Positions 41,968 through 54,191 of a DNA stretch of 64,000 nucleotides are shown here, one piece after another. Under the pieces are notes generated by a model. It did no database searches. It worked only from the letters and a program-made list of their open reading frames with translations, and had not been told where the DNA came from. The stretch is from an uncultured Phycisphaerales bacterium. Lineage in GTDB: Bacteria; Planctomycetota; Phycisphaerae; Tepidisphaerales; Tepidisphaeraceae. Location of the stretch: contig CAWJPJ010000006.1 of assembly GCA_963844715.1 (NCBI GenBank), positions 64,001 through 128,000 of the forward strand. Reading direction: 5' to 3'. Both the position numbers and the translations under genes were made by a program. Numbering within the stretch: the first letter of the stretch is position 1; each line of letters opens with the position of its first letter.

Positions 41968-42724
41968 TGGCGCAAACCCCCGCCCGAACCGTCGGTGTGC
42001 AAAGCTACTGCTTCCGATATTTCAAGGATTTGCAGAAAGTCTGCCGGCTGGTGCGCGAGATCGGCGTGGACTCCATCGAACTCTGCGGCGTGCATGCCGA
42101 TTTCAACGATCCGGCAAAGTTCGCGGATGTCGTCGCCCAATTGTCCGAGGCGGGAATCCGCATCGTCTCGCTGGGCGTGCAGACATTTACCGGCGACGCC
42201 GCCAAGGAACGCAAATGGTTTGAATGCGCCAGACGGCGGGGGCCGAGTTGATCTCCGCGCATTTTACCGTCGCGACGTTCCAGGCGGCCGTCCCGGCGGT
42301 CGCGCGGATGTGCGATGAATTTGGCGTGCGCGTGGGCATCCACAACCACGGCGGGTACAACTTTGGCGGGTCGCCCGACGTGCTGGATCATCTGCTCAAG
42401 CTAGGCGGCAAGCACATCGGCATCACGCTCGACACCGCGTGGTGCATGCAGATCGGGCCGTATGCGGGGGACCCGGTCAAATGGATTCGCGAAAAATTCC
42501 CCGGGCGGATTTATGGCGTGCATTATAAAGACTTCATCTTCGATCGCCGGGGGCAATGGAGCGATCAGGTGGTGGGCACCGGTAATCTCGACCTGCCGCG
42601 TGTCGTCGCCGCTCTGGAAGAAAGCGGGTTCGACGGACCGGCTTTGATCGAATACGAAGCCAATCCCGAAAACCCCATCGCGGCTCTCACCGAGTGCGTC
42701 CGCCGGTTTTCTCAAGCAACCTGA
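41964..42724 (+). CDS. Sugar phosphate isomerase/epimerase (xylose isomerase-like TIM barrel; frameshifted)
   Basis: [27 protein letters not shown]. Confidence 0.85.
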
Positions 42725-43172
42725 CGCCGTCGATGACCATGGTTTTGTCGATGGCTTTGCACATGTCGTAAATGGTGAGCGCCGCCGCAAAGACCGCGGC
42801 CAGGGCTTCCATTTCGACGCCGGTTTTGGCGGTGATGGTCGCGACCGATTTGATTCGCAGTTTGAGCGGGTGCTTGCCGTCGATATCCAGGTCCGGCAGA
42901 TCGAACTCGACCTCGACACTTTCGATCGCCAGGGGATGGCAGAGGGGAATCAATTCGCCAGTTCGCTTGGCTGCCATGATTCCGGCCAAGCGGGCCGTGC
43001 CGAGGACTTCGCCTTTGGGGATTTTTTCGTTGGCAATGGCGCGGATCGTTGCCGGCTGGAGGGAGATGTAACCCTCGGCTACGGCGCGGCGACGCGTGGC
43101 GGGCTTTTTACCGACGTCCACCATCCGAGCTTTGCCCTGGCTATCTAAATGACTCAGAGATTTGCGCGCCAT
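42687..43172 (-). CDS. moaC: Cyclic pyranopterin monophosphate synthase
   Basis: [33 protein letters not shown]. Confidence 0.97.
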   Translation of the reverse strand: MARKSLSHLDSQGKARMVDVGKKPATRRRAVAEGYISLQPATIRAIANEKIPKGEVLGTARLAGIMAAKRTGELIPLCHPLAIESVEVEFDLPDLDIDGKHPLKLRIKSVATITAKTGVEMEALAAVFAAALTIYDMCKAIDKTMVIDGVRLLEKTGGRTR

Positions 43173-43180
43173 GAAGGCGA

Positions 43181-44616
43181 TTATATGCCAGACTCAACGC
43201 CGCCCACATCCCCCACATCCAACCGATACTTTCGCATCTTTTTGTAAAGCGTCGTGCGATTGATATCCAATTCCGCCGCGGTGGATTGGCGGTTCCAGGC
43301 ATTTCGCTTCAGCGCCGCCTCGATTATCCGCCGCTCGGGGCCTTCCAGGGCAAATTCCAATGGCATCGGCGAATCCGGCACTTCGCCGGCGGGTTTGCTG
43401 GCGACGGTTTTGCTTTCAACTGTCTGCAAAGTCTCCGGCAAATCCTCGACGTCCACCTGCGGCCGCCGGCAGAGGACGACCGCGCGCTCGATCGCGTTTT
43501 CCAATTCCCGCACGTTGCCCGGCCACTGATAGCGCTGCAGAGCCGCCATCGCCGCCTCGGAAAAGCCCAGTATCTCCCGCCCGCTCTCCTTGCAGAAATG
43601 GCGTAGGAAATGGCCGGCCAGCAGCGGGATGTCGCCCAATCGCTCGCGCAGGTTGGGCAGGCGGATGGTTACCACGTTGATTCGATAATAAAGGTCCTGC
43701 CGGAATTTCTGCTCGCCCACAAGCAGGGCGAGATCGACGTTGCTGGCCAGCAGCACGCGCACGTCGACGGTTTTTGTGTCGCTGCTCCCGACCGGCTCGA
43801 ACGGCCCGCTCCTGCAACACGCGCAGGAGTTTCACCTGCATGGCGGGAGAGGCCGAGTTGATTTCATCCAGAAAAAGCGTTCCGCCGTCGGCGGCCAGGA
43901 AGCGGCCGGGTTTGTCGGCGATCGCGCCGGTGAACGCGCCTTTGACATGCCCGAAGAGTTCGCTCTCCAAGCAGCGTTTCCGGGAGTGCCCCGCAGCTTA
44001 CTTCCACGAACGGCTTATCCCGCCGGGGCGAGCGATGATGAATCGCCCGCGCCAGCAGCGATTTTCCCGTTCCGCTTTCGCCGGTAATCAGCGCCGTCGT
44101 CCGGCTATCGGCGACCGCATCGACCAGGTCGAAAATCTTCAGCATCTTGTAATCATGCCCAACGATATTCTCCAGGCCGAAGCGCAGATCGAGCTGATGC
44201 TTGAGCGTTTGGTTTTCGAATAGAAGCGATTGCTGGCGAGCCGCTTTTTCGACGACCACGCGGATTTCGTCATCGACGATCGGCTTGGTGAGATAATCGA
44301 ACGCCCCCATTTTGGTGGCTTCAACCGCCCCCTCGATGGACCCGTAGCTGGTGATAACGATAGATGACCACATGCGGGAATCGCCGCCGAACGTCGCGTA
44401 AGAAATTCCGCCGGCTTGATGCCGGGCATGTTGACGTCAGCCAAAAGGAGGTCGATCAGACCCGTCTCCATCTGACCGGCCGCGTCGGAGGGAGAATCGC
44501 TGACTCGGACGTCGTATCCCTCCCGGCCCAGGAATTGGGCCAGCGACTGAAGGATGATGCGGTCCTCATCGAGGATTAATACGCGGCGGCTTATGAATAA
44601 CGTTAGATTGCAACAT
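43181..44616 (-). CDS. Sigma-54-dependent response regulator (NtrC/ZraR family; frameshifted)
   Basis: Receiver domain [42 protein letters not shown], Fis-type HTH. Confidence 0.9.
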
Positions 44617-44983
44617 AGAGCCCGAATCCCACGTGTTTCAGGAACGCAACGCGTGCTTCCGATTCTCTCCATCGGCATACCGCGACGTTGACGCTAAACA
44701 TCAATTAGATTTTCACCCAGGTTTGGCAGATTTGAGCGATGCGTTTTATTGGACGACTAACGAGCGAGGAATTTTATCGGCTGAATCGACGTTGCTCCGA
44801 AGACGTTTTCGCCTGTATACGATTAAGAGAATGCGGGCAGGAAATTGTCTGCGCAAACAACTCTTTGCGGGTTATTTTGGCGATTTCCGCATCCGATTCC
44901 TTTTTAGAGAGTTTCCCTGCATACTACGGGCCGCAGGAACCACAGCCGCGAGCCAATGCAGATAGCTTTAGGATAAACAAGTC

Positions 44984-46098
44984 ATGCGCATAGGCGTTCC
45001 CAAGGAAATAAAACCGGACGAATATCGAGTCGCGTTGATGCCCGTTGGGGCGGAAGTATTGGTCAAGGCGGGGCATCAGGTTTTGGTCGAAAGTTCCGCC
45101 GGGACATCCAGCGGCTTCACCGATGACAGCTACAGGGCGGCGGGGGCGACGATTGTGCCAAGTCACGCCGACGCCATCGGCGGAATGGACCTGGTCATCA
45201 AGGTCAAGGAGCCGCAGTCGTCGGAGATCGCGCTCTTTCGGCCGGGGCAGATCATATTCACGTACTTTCATCTGGCGGCTTCGCCGGAACTGACGCAGGC
45301 GTGCCTGGAATCGGAAATTATCGCCATCGCGTATGAGACGATCAAAGACCGGAACGGCCGATTGCCTTGCCTGATTCCGATGAGCGAGATCGCCGGGAAG
45401 ATGAGCATTCAGGAGGGGGCCAAGTATCTTGAGAAGCCGATGATGGGGCGCGGGATTTTGCTTGGGGGCGTGCCTGGCGTTGCGCCGGCGAATGTGCTGG
45501 TGCTGGGCGGGGGAACTGTGGGCACGCACGCCGCCGCGTTGCGGCGGGTTTGGGGGCGAGCGTCGCCCTCATGGATACGAATCTCGACCGCCTGCGATAT
45601 CTGTCCGAAGTGATGCCGGCGAACGTGAAGACGATCTTCAGCGATCCGCACAACGTGCGCGACTATCTCCGCAACGCGGATCTGATCATCGGCGCGGTGC
45701 TCATCCCCGGCGCTAAGGCGCCTCGTCTGGTGACACGGCAGAACCTCGTGGAAATGCGCAACGGCGCGGTGATCGTGGACGTGGCGATCGACCAGGGCGG
45801 ATGCGTGGAGACCAGCCGCCCGACGACGCACGCGCAGCCGACATTTGTCGTGGAGAACATCGTGCATTATTGCGTCGCCAACATGCCCGGCGCGGTGGGG
45901 CGGACCAGTACGATCGCCCTTTGCAACGCGACGCTGCCTTACGCCGTGAGGATCGCCAATCGCGGGTACGAGAAAGCCGCTTTGGAGGATCCCGGCTTGA
46001 TGGAAGGGATCAACCTGGTTGGCGGCCGCATCACCAACGCGCCGGTCGCCGAATCGCTCCACATGCCTTACAAGCCGTTGAAGCCTAAAGTGGCGTAG
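44984..46098 (+). CDS. ald: Alanine dehydrogenase (frameshifted)
   Basis: IGVPKEIK, KVKEP, PMSEIAG, GGGTVG, DVAIDQGG, YCVANMPG. Confidence 0.95.
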
Positions 46099-46105
46099 GC
46101 ACACC

Positions 46106-46426
46106 ATGCCCGATTCTTCAGACCGTCTCGATAAGCTGCAAAAGCTTTTGGAAAAGTCGCCCGGCGACACGTTCTTGCTTTATGCCATGGCGATGGAGCA
46201 TAAAAAGTCGGGCAATTCCGCTGCCGCGCTGGAATATTTCGACCAGGTGATTCTGCACGATTGGGGATACTGCTACGCCTATCACCAGAAGGGTTTGCTT
46301 TTGGAATCGCTGGGAAAGACCGAAGAAGCCAAGGCGGCGTATCGCCACGGGATCGATGCCGCGACGAAGAAGAACGACCATCACGCCCGGGAGGAAATCG
46401 CCGCCGCGCTGCAGATGGTGGAATGA
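46106..46426 (+). CDS. Small TPR protein
   Basis: PGDTFLLYAMAME, YCYAYHQKG; two TPR-like helical pairs. Confidence 0.8.
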   Translation: MPDSSDRLDKLQKLLEKSPGDTFLLYAMAMEHKKSGNSAAALEYFDQVILHDWGYCYAYHQKGLLLESLGKTEEAKAAYRHGIDAATKKNDHHAREEIAAALQMVE

Positions 46427-46430
46427 GCGT

Positions 46431-46572
46431 CCCCTCTCCCCGTGTACGCACGGGGAGAGGGTCAGGGTGAGGGGCCGATTTCGAATTTCGAGGGATGCCC
46501 CTCACCCATCCTGCGGAAACTAAAGGAAGGGGACAGGAAGTGCTCTCCCCACGAGTACGTGGGGAGAGGGGA
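46431..46572. repeat. REP-like palindrome pair, family A
   Basis: CCCTCTCCCCGTGTACGCACGGGGAGAGGG ... CTCTCCCCACGAGTACGTGGGGAGAG. Confidence 0.8.
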
Positions 46573-46589
46573 CCTGAGACTGGGAGACA

Positions 46590-47504
46590 ATGCTCGACGA
46601 CCTGCTCAAGTTCCTCGATAGCCCAAGATGGGGCCGCCAGAATGTCTGGCGGACCGCCATTTGGAAAAATATGTCGCGCCTGGGCCTGAGCGGGATGCAC
46701 GCGCTGCCTGTGAACAGGCGCTGGGTGGAGATTCATCGCCGCGACATGTGCCTGCCAAATCTCGATCCGGCGCTGGCGGGCCTCAAGATCGTGCAAATAT
46801 CCGATCTTCATTACAGCCCGGTTGTTTGGCAAAAATATCTGATCCAATATTTGCGGTGGGTGAATGAAATCAAACCCGCCCTGGTCGTCGTCACAGGGGA
46901 CTTGATCACCGGCGGGTATCGCTTCGCTCCGCGCGTCGCGACGCTTCTGTCGCACCTGAAAGCAACGCACGGCATCGTCTGCACATTCGGCAATCACGAC
47001 TACAGCATCTACGGCAAACGCACCAACGGCGAAGGCCAGCGCCGGGCTGATTATCTGGAAGAATGCCTGAAGAAGCGCGGGCTGATTGTCCTACGCAACG
47101 AAGTCATGCAACTCAAGCCCGACAACGGCGGCACGCCGCTGAACATCGTCGGCCTGGACGATGAATGGTCGGGCAACATCGATCCCGAAAAGGCCTTTGC
47201 CAACCTCGATCCGAACAGCCCCACGATTTGTCTGAATCACAATCCCGCCAATGTGAAACAGCTTCTAAAATTCGCCTGGCAATGGATGCTGAGCGGCCAC
47301 ACGCACGGGCGGCAAGTCGCGACGAGCCCAATCGGGCGGACGATGTATCCCAATCGGTACCGGCACTACACGCATGGGCATTACCTTGTCGCGGGGCGGA
47401 ATCTTTACGTAAATCGGGGGATCGGCTACGGCCAGCGCGACCAGCAATGGTGCCGGCCGGAGATATCTGTATTTGCACTCCAGCCCGAAAAACGCGACGG
47501 ATAG
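46590..47504 (+). CDS. Metallophosphoesterase (YkuE/YaeI-like)
   Basis: SDLH, TGDL, GNHD, NHNP, SGHTHG, VNRGIG. Confidence 0.88.
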   Translation: MLDDLLKFLDSPRWGRQNVWRTAIWKNMSRLGLSGMHALPVNRRWVEIHRRDMCLPNLDPALAGLKIVQISDLHYSPVVWQKYLIQYLRWVNEIKPALVVVTGDLITGGYRFAPRVATLLSHLKATHGIVCTFGNHDYSIYGKRTNGEGQRRADYLEECLKKRGLIVLRNEVMQLKPDNGGTPLNIVGLDDEWSGNIDPEKAFANLDPNSPTICLNHNPANVKQLLKFAWQWMLSGHTHGRQVATSPIGRTMYPNRYRHYTHGHYLVAGRNLYVNRGIGYGQRDQQWCRPEISVFALQPEKRDG

Positions 47505-47579
47505 CTATCCGGTGGCTTTGGACGGAAGTGCATTCGATATTTGTAATTCGTCGCCCCATGCCGTATTCTCTTTTTTTTA

Positions 47580-48113
47580 ATGCGGAACGTGTACGATGAG
47601 TCGGACGTCCGGCGGACTATTTCCGCCCTGGTCGGCCGTATTGCTTCCGCGTTTTCCCCCGATTCCACGCTGAATATCGTCGGCATCCGCACCCGCGGCG
47701 AAGTGCTGGCGGCTCGAATCACCCAGATGCTCAAGGATCGCGGCTTCGCCCATATCGGGCGCGGGGTTTTGGATATCACGCTTTATCGCGATGATCTTTC
47801 GGAGATCGGGCCGCGGCCGCTGGTCCGTCCGACGGATATTCACATCGATATCGACCAGCACCCGCTTCTGCTCATCGACGATGTGCTTTTTACGGGCAGG
47901 TCCGTCCGGGCCGCGCTGGATGCCCTCAGCGACTTCGGCCGGCCTGGGGCGATTCGCCTGGCGGTGCTGGTCGATCGCGGCGGGCGCGAGCTGCCGATTC
48001 AGGCGGATTTCGTCGGGCTGACGCTTGCGGATATTCCGCGAGATCATCGGGTGAACGTGAAATTGGTGGAAACGGACGGGCGGGACGAAATTCTTGTGGA
48101 GCCGCGGGAATGA
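47580..48113 (+). CDS. pyrR: Bifunctional pyr regulator/uracil phosphoribosyltransferase
   Basis: GIRTRG, LDITLYRDD, IDDVLFTGRSVRAA, LVDRGGRELPI. Confidence 0.96.
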   Translation: MRNVYDESDVRRTISALVGRIASAFSPDSTLNIVGIRTRGEVLAARITQMLKDRGFAHIGRGVLDITLYRDDLSEIGPRPLVRPTDIHIDIDQHPLLLIDDVLFTGRSVRAALDALSDFGRPGAIRLAVLVDRGGRELPIQADFVGLTLADIPRDHRVNVKLVETDGRDEILVEPRE

Positions 48114-49075
48114 AAAAAGAGCGTGCACATTCCGCCGGGCATGAACCGCTCCGCTGGACGCGAAAGCATTTGCTGGCGCTTCAGGAACTTTCGGCGGCGG
48201 AAATCGAACTTTTGCTCAACACCGCCGATTCGTTCAAGGAAGTGTCGACGCGCAGCGTGAAAAAAGTTCCCGCGTTACGCGGCCGCGTGATGGTCAACGC
48301 CTTTTTCGAGGACAGCACGCGTACGCGGACGAGTTTTTCCCTCGCGGCGTCCCGACTCTCGGCGGACGTGATCGACTTTTCGGAAAAAGGCTCTTCAGTC
48401 AGCAAGGGCGAAACGCTCATCGATACCGCTCGAAATATCGAAGCGATGGGGATCGACATTATTGTTCTGCGCCATCAGGCGGCCGGAGCGGCGGAGATTC
48501 TTTCCCGCAGCGTGCAATGCAGCGTGGTGAACGCCGGCGACGGGGCGCATGAGCATCCGACTCAGGGGTTGCTTGATCTTTACACGATTCGCGAGCGATT
48601 TGGGAAAATCGCCGGATTGAAAGTGGCGATCGTCGGCGATATCGCCAACAGCCGCGTGGCGCGGTCGAATTTATGGGGATTATCGAAGATGGGCGCGGAA
48701 GTGATTCTGGTCGGCCCGCCGACGCTTTTGCCGAGGTCTTTTGAATCTCTGGGGCGCGGTGCGTGAATGATTTTGATTCCGTCGTCGGGGAAGTGGACGT
48801 GGTGAACATGCTGCGCGTGCAATTTGAGCGCATCGCGTCGCAGCCAATTTCCTTCGGTGCGGGAATTCACGAAATTCTTCGGCTTGACGCACGAGCGATT
48901 CCGGCGGTGCAAGAAGGACGTGTTTGTGATGCATCCGGGGCCGATGAATCGGGGAATAGAAATCGGCTCGGAAATCGCGGATGGGCCGAACAGCGGAATT
49001 CTGACGCAAGTGACAAACGGCTTGGCGGTGCGCATGGCGGTTTTGTATTTGGTTGCCGGTTCGGGAGGAAACTAA
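48110..49075 (+). CDS. pyrB: Aspartate carbamoyltransferase catalytic subunit (frameshifted)
   Basis: [41 protein letters not shown]. Confidence 0.95.
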
Positions 49076-49101
49076 ATGCACTGCGAATCAAAACAAAGAA
49101 T

Positions 49102-49198
49102 TCTCTGTATGCTCTGTGTCCTCTGTGCTCTCTGTGCCAATGCTGTTGAATTTAAAAGAGCCGGCACAGAGGACACAGAGAGCACGGAGGACACAGAG
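49102..49198. repeat. Nonamer-based inverted repeat, family C (CTCTGTG../..CACAGAG)
   Basis: CTCTGTGTCCTCTGTGCTCTCTGTGCC ... GGCACAGAGGACACAGAGAGCACGGAGGACACAGAG, between pyrB and pyrC. Confidence 0.8.
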
Positions 49199-49207
49199 TA
49201 AGAAAAT

Positions 49208-50486
49208 ATGGCTTCAATACTGATTCAAAACGGGACGATTCTTGATCCTTCGCAGGAGATGCAAAGGCGTGGGGATTTGCTGATTCGCGATGGGAAGATT
49301 GCCGCTGTGGGGGAGAATCTTGGCAAAGCGGATCGGGTGATTGAGGCGGCGAATTGTTTTGTTACTCCGGGGCTGATCGATATTCATGTGCATTTTCGGG
49401 AGCCTGGCGATGAAGAGGAAGAAACGATCGCCAGCGGATCGGCGGCGGCTGTGGCCGGGGGATTTACTTCCGTTTGTTGCATGCCGAATACTAAACCGCC
49501 GCTGGATAATGAGGGGCAGATTGAATTGGTGCTGCAGAGAAGCGCAGCGGGTTTCGCTGGCGAATGTTCATCCGATCGGGGCGATCACCAAAGAGCGAAA
49601 GGGGAAGGAACTGGCGGAAATCGGGTCGATGCTTCAGCGCGGGGCGATCGCGTTTAGCGATGACGGCGTGGGCGTGGCCGACCCGTCCGTCATGCGCAAG
49701 GCGCTTCAGTATTGCAAGATGTTCGATGCGCTGATCATGCAGCACTGCGAGGAGCCGACGCTTTCTGGCGGGTCGATGCATGGGGGAATCGTTTCGACGG
49801 AACTGGGTTTGTCGGGGATTCCGGCCGAGGCGGAACAGCTGATGATCGCGCGCGATCTGCTGCTGAATCGCCGGATCGATTGCCGGTATCACATTCAACA
49901 CATCAGCACGGCCTGGAGCGTGGAGCTGGTGCGGCGGGCGAAGAAGGATGGGCAAAAGGTGTACGGCGGAGGCTTCGCCGCATCATCTTGCTGCTGACGG
50001 ATGAGTCGTGCCGGGGATATGACGCGGATTTCAAGATGAATCCGCCACTGCGAACGGCGGCGGATGTGGCGGCGTGCATCGCGGGAGTCAAGGACGGCAC
50101 GATCGACTGCCTGGCGACGGATCATGCGCCGCATCTGAGGGAAGAGAAAGAGGTCGAGTTCGCGGCGGCTTCGTTTGGGATTATCGGGTTGGAATGTGCG
50201 CTGCCGCTGTATGTGAAGGCGCTGGTTGAGCCGGGGCATGTGACGTGGATGAAGCTGATCGAGCTGATGTCGATGCGGCCGGCGAAGAATCGTCAAGCTG
50301 GATCGCGGGTCGCTACGCGTGGGGGCGGCGGCGGATGTGACTGTGATCGATCCGAATCGAAAGTGGCGGATCGATTCGGAGAAGTTTGTTAGTAAGAGTC
50401 GGAACTGTCCGTTTGATGGGTGGGAAGTGGTGGGGAAGGCGGTGGGGACGGTGGTGGGAGGGGTGGTGAGGCACGACGGGATGTAG
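49208..50486 (+). CDS. pyrC: Dihydroorotase (several frameshifts)
   Basis: DIHVHFREPG, MPNT, HCEE, KMNPPLR, ATDHAPH, SKSRNCPF. Confidence 0.93.
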
Positions 50487-50507
50487 GCACGAAGGGGTGC
50501 GGTCAAG

Positions 50508-50550
50508 TCCGAAACCAGAAACCAGAAATCCGAATCAAGCCCGAATGGCC
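50508..50550. repeat. Single arm of heptamer family B
   Basis: CCGAAACCAGAAACCAGAAATCCGAATCAAGCCCGAATG matches the left arm at 22345. Confidence 0.65.
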
Positions 50551-50578
50551 GAGGGTTCGAATCGGGTGCCGGCCGCGA

Positions 50579-53365
50579 TCAATTAAGTGAGTCCGCGCCG
50601 CTAGGAACTGACGTGGATGCGGGTCGCGTGGTGGCACCATCAACCGATTGAGATAGAACTTGATTCGACACCGATTGACCCCGCCAGAAAGCTGCCTGTT
50701 CAGGTTTACCACTTTCGGCGTAGTACTCGACCAGGTCTTCGAGCGCTGCGTGAATTTCGCCTGCATCGAGATCTTTTGCCGTTGCCAGGTCTCGCTTGAG
50801 AAGGAATGATATTGTAGTACCGAGACAACCCGCAGCGCGGACGGTGATCGCATTACTAACGCCAAGCTTTGGCCGGGATAACTTCAACGTCTGGTCCGAT
50901 AGCAGGAGTGCTTCGCTAAACCTTGTTGCATCCCGATATGCGTCGCACAGATTGTTGGCGGTATTCAGTGCGCGGGGGTGATCGGCACCCAACACTTGTT
51001 TCATCCGGATGAGCGCTTCCTCCAACATTGGCACCGCCAGCCCCAACTGGCCTTCCACGCGATAGGCAAGGCCGAGATTGTTCATCACGTCCAGCGTGAG
51101 GGGGTCATCGGCGCCCATTTTCCCTTTGGTCAATTCAAGTGCCTTGACAAGGATGGTTACCGCATCGGCCGGCCTACCAGCGGCGCGGTAACTGTCCCCC
51201 AGAGCATCCATCGTATTCAGCGTATCCTGATGCTCGGGTCCAAATTTGGCTTGACACAGCGGCAGTGTTTCTTCGAGCAATTGCACGGCGTCGCGAGGGC
51301 GGCCGGCGATACGGTAAGCGCTTGCAAGATTGGTTGAGGTATTGAGAGTTTCTCGATGGGTCGGACCGTATTTGATTTTAATCAACGTGAGTGTACGTTC
51401 AAACAAGGCGGCCGCGTCATCGATGCGCCCTGTTCCCTCATAGGCCAGCGCAAGATTATTCATTGTGGCCAGGGTTAGCGGATCGTCGTCCTTCAAATTA
51501 GCCTGGCAACGTTTCAGCGCGTCCTCAAGCATCCTCACAGAATCCTCCGGCCTGCCGGCGGAGTGATAGGCATCTCCGAGGTCCTTCATCGTACAGAGGG
51601 TGATCTTGCCATTCGGGCCACATCTTGCTTCGGAAAGTTGCAGCGTTTGCTCTAAAAAAGGCACTTCTTCCGCCAGCCGTCGATCGATGCGGTAAACCTG
51701 CACAATATCAAGATCAATACCAAGGGTATCGGGATGGTCGGCGCCGAGCGCGGCCTGATCGATGTTCCTGGCGGTCTGGAGAAGCTCCAAAGCTCTGGTC
51801 GTCCTTCCCAGACCGGCATAGGCTTGGCCCAAAGCGTCAAGCAGCGCCGCCCTAGTCGGCGGCGTACCGGCAAAGGTTCCGTCCAGGTCGGCAGCCGCGC
51901 GATCAAGAACATCGATGGCTTTCAGATTGCCTCCATCGCGATACGGATCGATGGACTGAAACATTTGCAGCAAGTGCTTGCTCGCAGCCTGCGCCTGGGT
52001 TCGGGCTTTTTCAGAGTCGCTAAGGGCGATCTCCACCTGTCGCGCGGCGCGGGCGACCCGTAGAGCTTGCCAGGTGCTTACGAGCGCGGCCATCAAGAGC
52101 GATGCGCCGACCAAGGATGCGGCGCCAAAGGCGAGTCTGTTGCGGCGCACTAATTTTCGAAAGCGATAGACCGCGCTGGGCGGTCTGGCCATAATTGTTT
52201 CGTCGCTCAAGTAGTGTTGAATGTCGATCGCCAGTGAACTAGCCGTGTCATAACGCCTGGCGCGATCCTTCTCGAGGCACTTCATCACGATCCAGTCCAG
52301 GTCGCCGCGGAGCATTTGATGCAATCGCCTGGGATCGCAGCGGCGCTGATCGGCCAGGGCGGTCAGCCGGTCATGCGCCAGTGTGCTGAGGCGAGTGCTG
52401 GGCCTCGGCGGCTCAACTTCGCGGATGAACCGCTGAATCTCGGCGTAACCGGCCTTCATCAATTCGTTGGGGTCAAAGGGAGTGCTTCCGGTGAGCAGCT
52501 CGTAGAGCAGAACGCCCAAGCTGTAGATGTCGCTTCGTGTATCGACATCCAACCCGCTCATTTGTGCCTGCTCCGGGCTGATGTAGGCGGGGGTGCCCAT
52601 CATTTGACAAAATCCCGTGAACAGTGTGCGCTCGGTTAACCGGCTTTGTGTGGCCTTGGCGATGCCGAAGTCGATGACTTTTGGCACGGCCTTGTCATCG
52701 TGCATCGTCACCAGAACATTGGTTGGTTTGATGTCGCGATGAATGATCCCCTTCTGGTGGGCATGCTGAACTGCGCTACAAATCTGGACAAAGAGGTCCA
52801 ACCGCTGGCGCGTGCTGAGCTTGTTGACGTCGCAGTATTCGGTTGCCGGTACACCCTTGACCAACTCCATGACAAAGTAGGGCCTGCCGGTCTCAGTTGT
52901 GCCGGCATCGAAAACCTTGGCGATGTTAGGATGATCCATCATCGCCAGCGCTTGCCGCTCGGCCTCAAAGCGAGCGATGACCTGCCTGGTATCCATGCCC
53001 GGTTTGATGATCTTGACGGCGACCTTGCGTCGGACGGGGCTGGCCTGCTCGGCCATGAAGACGCAACCGAATCCCCCTTCGCCAATCTGTTGAAGAAGCT
53101 TATAGCGGCCGATCTGGCTGCCCGGGCCTTCAGAGACTCTTCCCGAGAACGCCGCACCCAGAGGCGGATCTACGCCAACGGTCGGGTTGGCCAGAAAATC
53201 GCTTTCTGCGGTCTGGAGCGCTGATAAAAGCGATTCGACCTGGGCTCTCAAATCGGCGGCTTCGCCGCAGGCTTGGTCCAGGAACTGACTACGCTGTTCG
53301 GCGGGCAATTCCAGGGCCTTGGCGAACACGTCGCGAAGCTTCGGATGATCGGGTTGCTCCTTCAT
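50579..53365 (-). CDS. Membrane Ser/Thr protein kinase with extracytoplasmic TPR repeats
   Basis: [24 protein letters not shown], one TM helix, kinesin-light-chain-type TPRs (GxDHPxTL...NNL). Confidence 0.95.
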   Translation of the reverse strand: MKEQPDHPKLRDVFAKALELPAEQRSQFLDQACGEAADLRAQVESLLSALQTAESDFLANPTVGVDPPLGAAFSGRVSEGPGSQIGRYKLLQQIGEGGFGCVFMAEQASPVRRKVAVKIIKPGMDTRQVIARFEAERQALAMMDHPNIAKVFDAGTTETGRPYFVMELVKGVPATEYCDVNKLSTRQRLDLFVQICSAVQHAHQKGIIHRDIKPTNVLVTMHDDKAVPKVIDFGIAKATQSRLTERTLFTGFCQMMGTPAYISPEQAQMSGLDVDTRSDIYSLGVLLYELLTGSTPFDPNELMKAGYAEIQRFIREVEPPRPSTRLSTLAHDRLTALADQRRCDPRRLHQMLRGDLDWIVMKCLEKDRARRYDTASSLAIDIQHYLSDETIMARPPSAVYRFRKLVRRNRLAFGAASLVGASLLMAALVSTWQALRVARAARQVEIALSDSEKARTQAQAASKHLLQMFQSIDPYRDGGNLKAIDVLDRAAADLDGTFAGTPPTRAALLDALGQAYAGLGRTTRALELLQTARNIDQAALGADHPDTLGIDLDIVQVYRIDRRLAEEVPFLEQTLQLSEARCGPNGKITLCTMKDLGDAYHSAGRPEDSVRMLEDALKRCQANLKDDDPLTLATMNNLALAYEGTGRIDDAAALFERTLTLIKIKYGPTHRETLNTSTNLASAYRIAGRPRDAVQLLEETLPLCQAKFGPEHQDTLNTMDALGDSYRAAGRPADAVTILVKALELTKGKMGADDPLTLDVMNNLGLAYRVEGQLGLAVPMLEEALIRMKQVLGADHPRALNTANNLCDAYRDATRFSEALLLSDQTLKLSRPKLGVSNAITVRAAGCLGTTISFLLKRDLATAKDLDAGEIHAALEDLVEYYAESGKPEQAAFWRGQSVSNQVLSQSVDGATTRPASTSVPSGADSLN

Positions 53366-53922
53366 GGTTCGTCCATCAGTTGACGCTTCAGCCAGGCCCG
53401 GGCAAAGGTCCAGTCGCGCCGGACCGTGGAAGCCGATACCCCCAGGACATGGGCCGTCTCATCCACACTCAAACCGCCGTAAAAGCGGAGTCGCACAATC
53501 TGCGCAAGATCGGGCGACTCCTTCTCTAGGCGAGAAATCGCTTCATCAACCGCCAGGAATTCCGGGAATCGGTCCTCCATGGCCAGATCGAGTACGTTGT
53601 TCATAGGAACGCGTTTGCGAGCGCCGCCTCGCTTAGGGCCACCGCGGGCACGGGCATGATCGATCAGGATTCGCCGCATCGCTTCGGCGGCGGCGAAGAA
53701 GAAGTGGCTGCGACTGGACCAGCGAATATCTCGATTGCCCAGCAGCTTCAGATACGCCTCGTGCACCAAAGCCGTTGCCTGGAGCGTGTGCCCCGCCCGC
53801 TCGGACTTCATGCGGCTCCGCGCCAAGCCGCGTAGCTGTTCATAGACCAGGGGCAGGAGCCTTGCGGCTGCCGATGCATCACCTTGCTGAGCCTGGTCGA
53901 GCAAGCGAGTGAAGTGTTGCAT
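53362..53922 (-). CDS. ECF sigma factor, kinase-associated planctomycete type (TIGR02999-like)
   Basis: [49 protein letters not shown]; overlaps the kinase start. Confidence 0.93.
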   Translation of the reverse strand: MQHFTRLLDQAQQGDASAAARLLPLVYEQLRGLARSRMKSERAGHTLQATALVHEAYLKLLGNRDIRWSSRSHFFFAAAEAMRRILIDHARARGGPKRGGARKRVPMNNVLDLAMEDRFPEFLAVDEAISRLEKESPDLAQIVRLRFYGGLSVDETAHVLGVSASTVRRDWTFARAWLKRQLMDEP

Positions 53923-54191
53923 TGGCGCAGATGACACGTCCCACCATACTTTTCGCATGCAAACGGGTTCTAGCACGAGAGTTCTGAATGAAGGGCTAGG
54001 GGGGTAGTCTACGCCGTTCGCACGCACGAAAGCAAGCTCCATTCGGCATCAATGAGAGACATGGCTAACAAAAGCAACAAATCTTGATTGGTCCGCAAGG
54101 CGTTTCTCGCCTTTATCCATGTTGGCTTGTTTTGCGCGAGCGGAGCGGTAAATGGACCGGAACCAGGCACGTAGGGTGAAAGAAGAATGAA

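Noticed and set aside
44620..44980. Sigma-54 promoter for ald next to the NtrC-like gene
   Set aside because: TGGCAG near 44724 lacks a correctly spaced TTGC -12 element
47505..47580. PyrR attenuator upstream of pyrR
   Set aside because: A T tract is present, but there is no AGUCC/GAGAGG binding loop or convincing terminator stem
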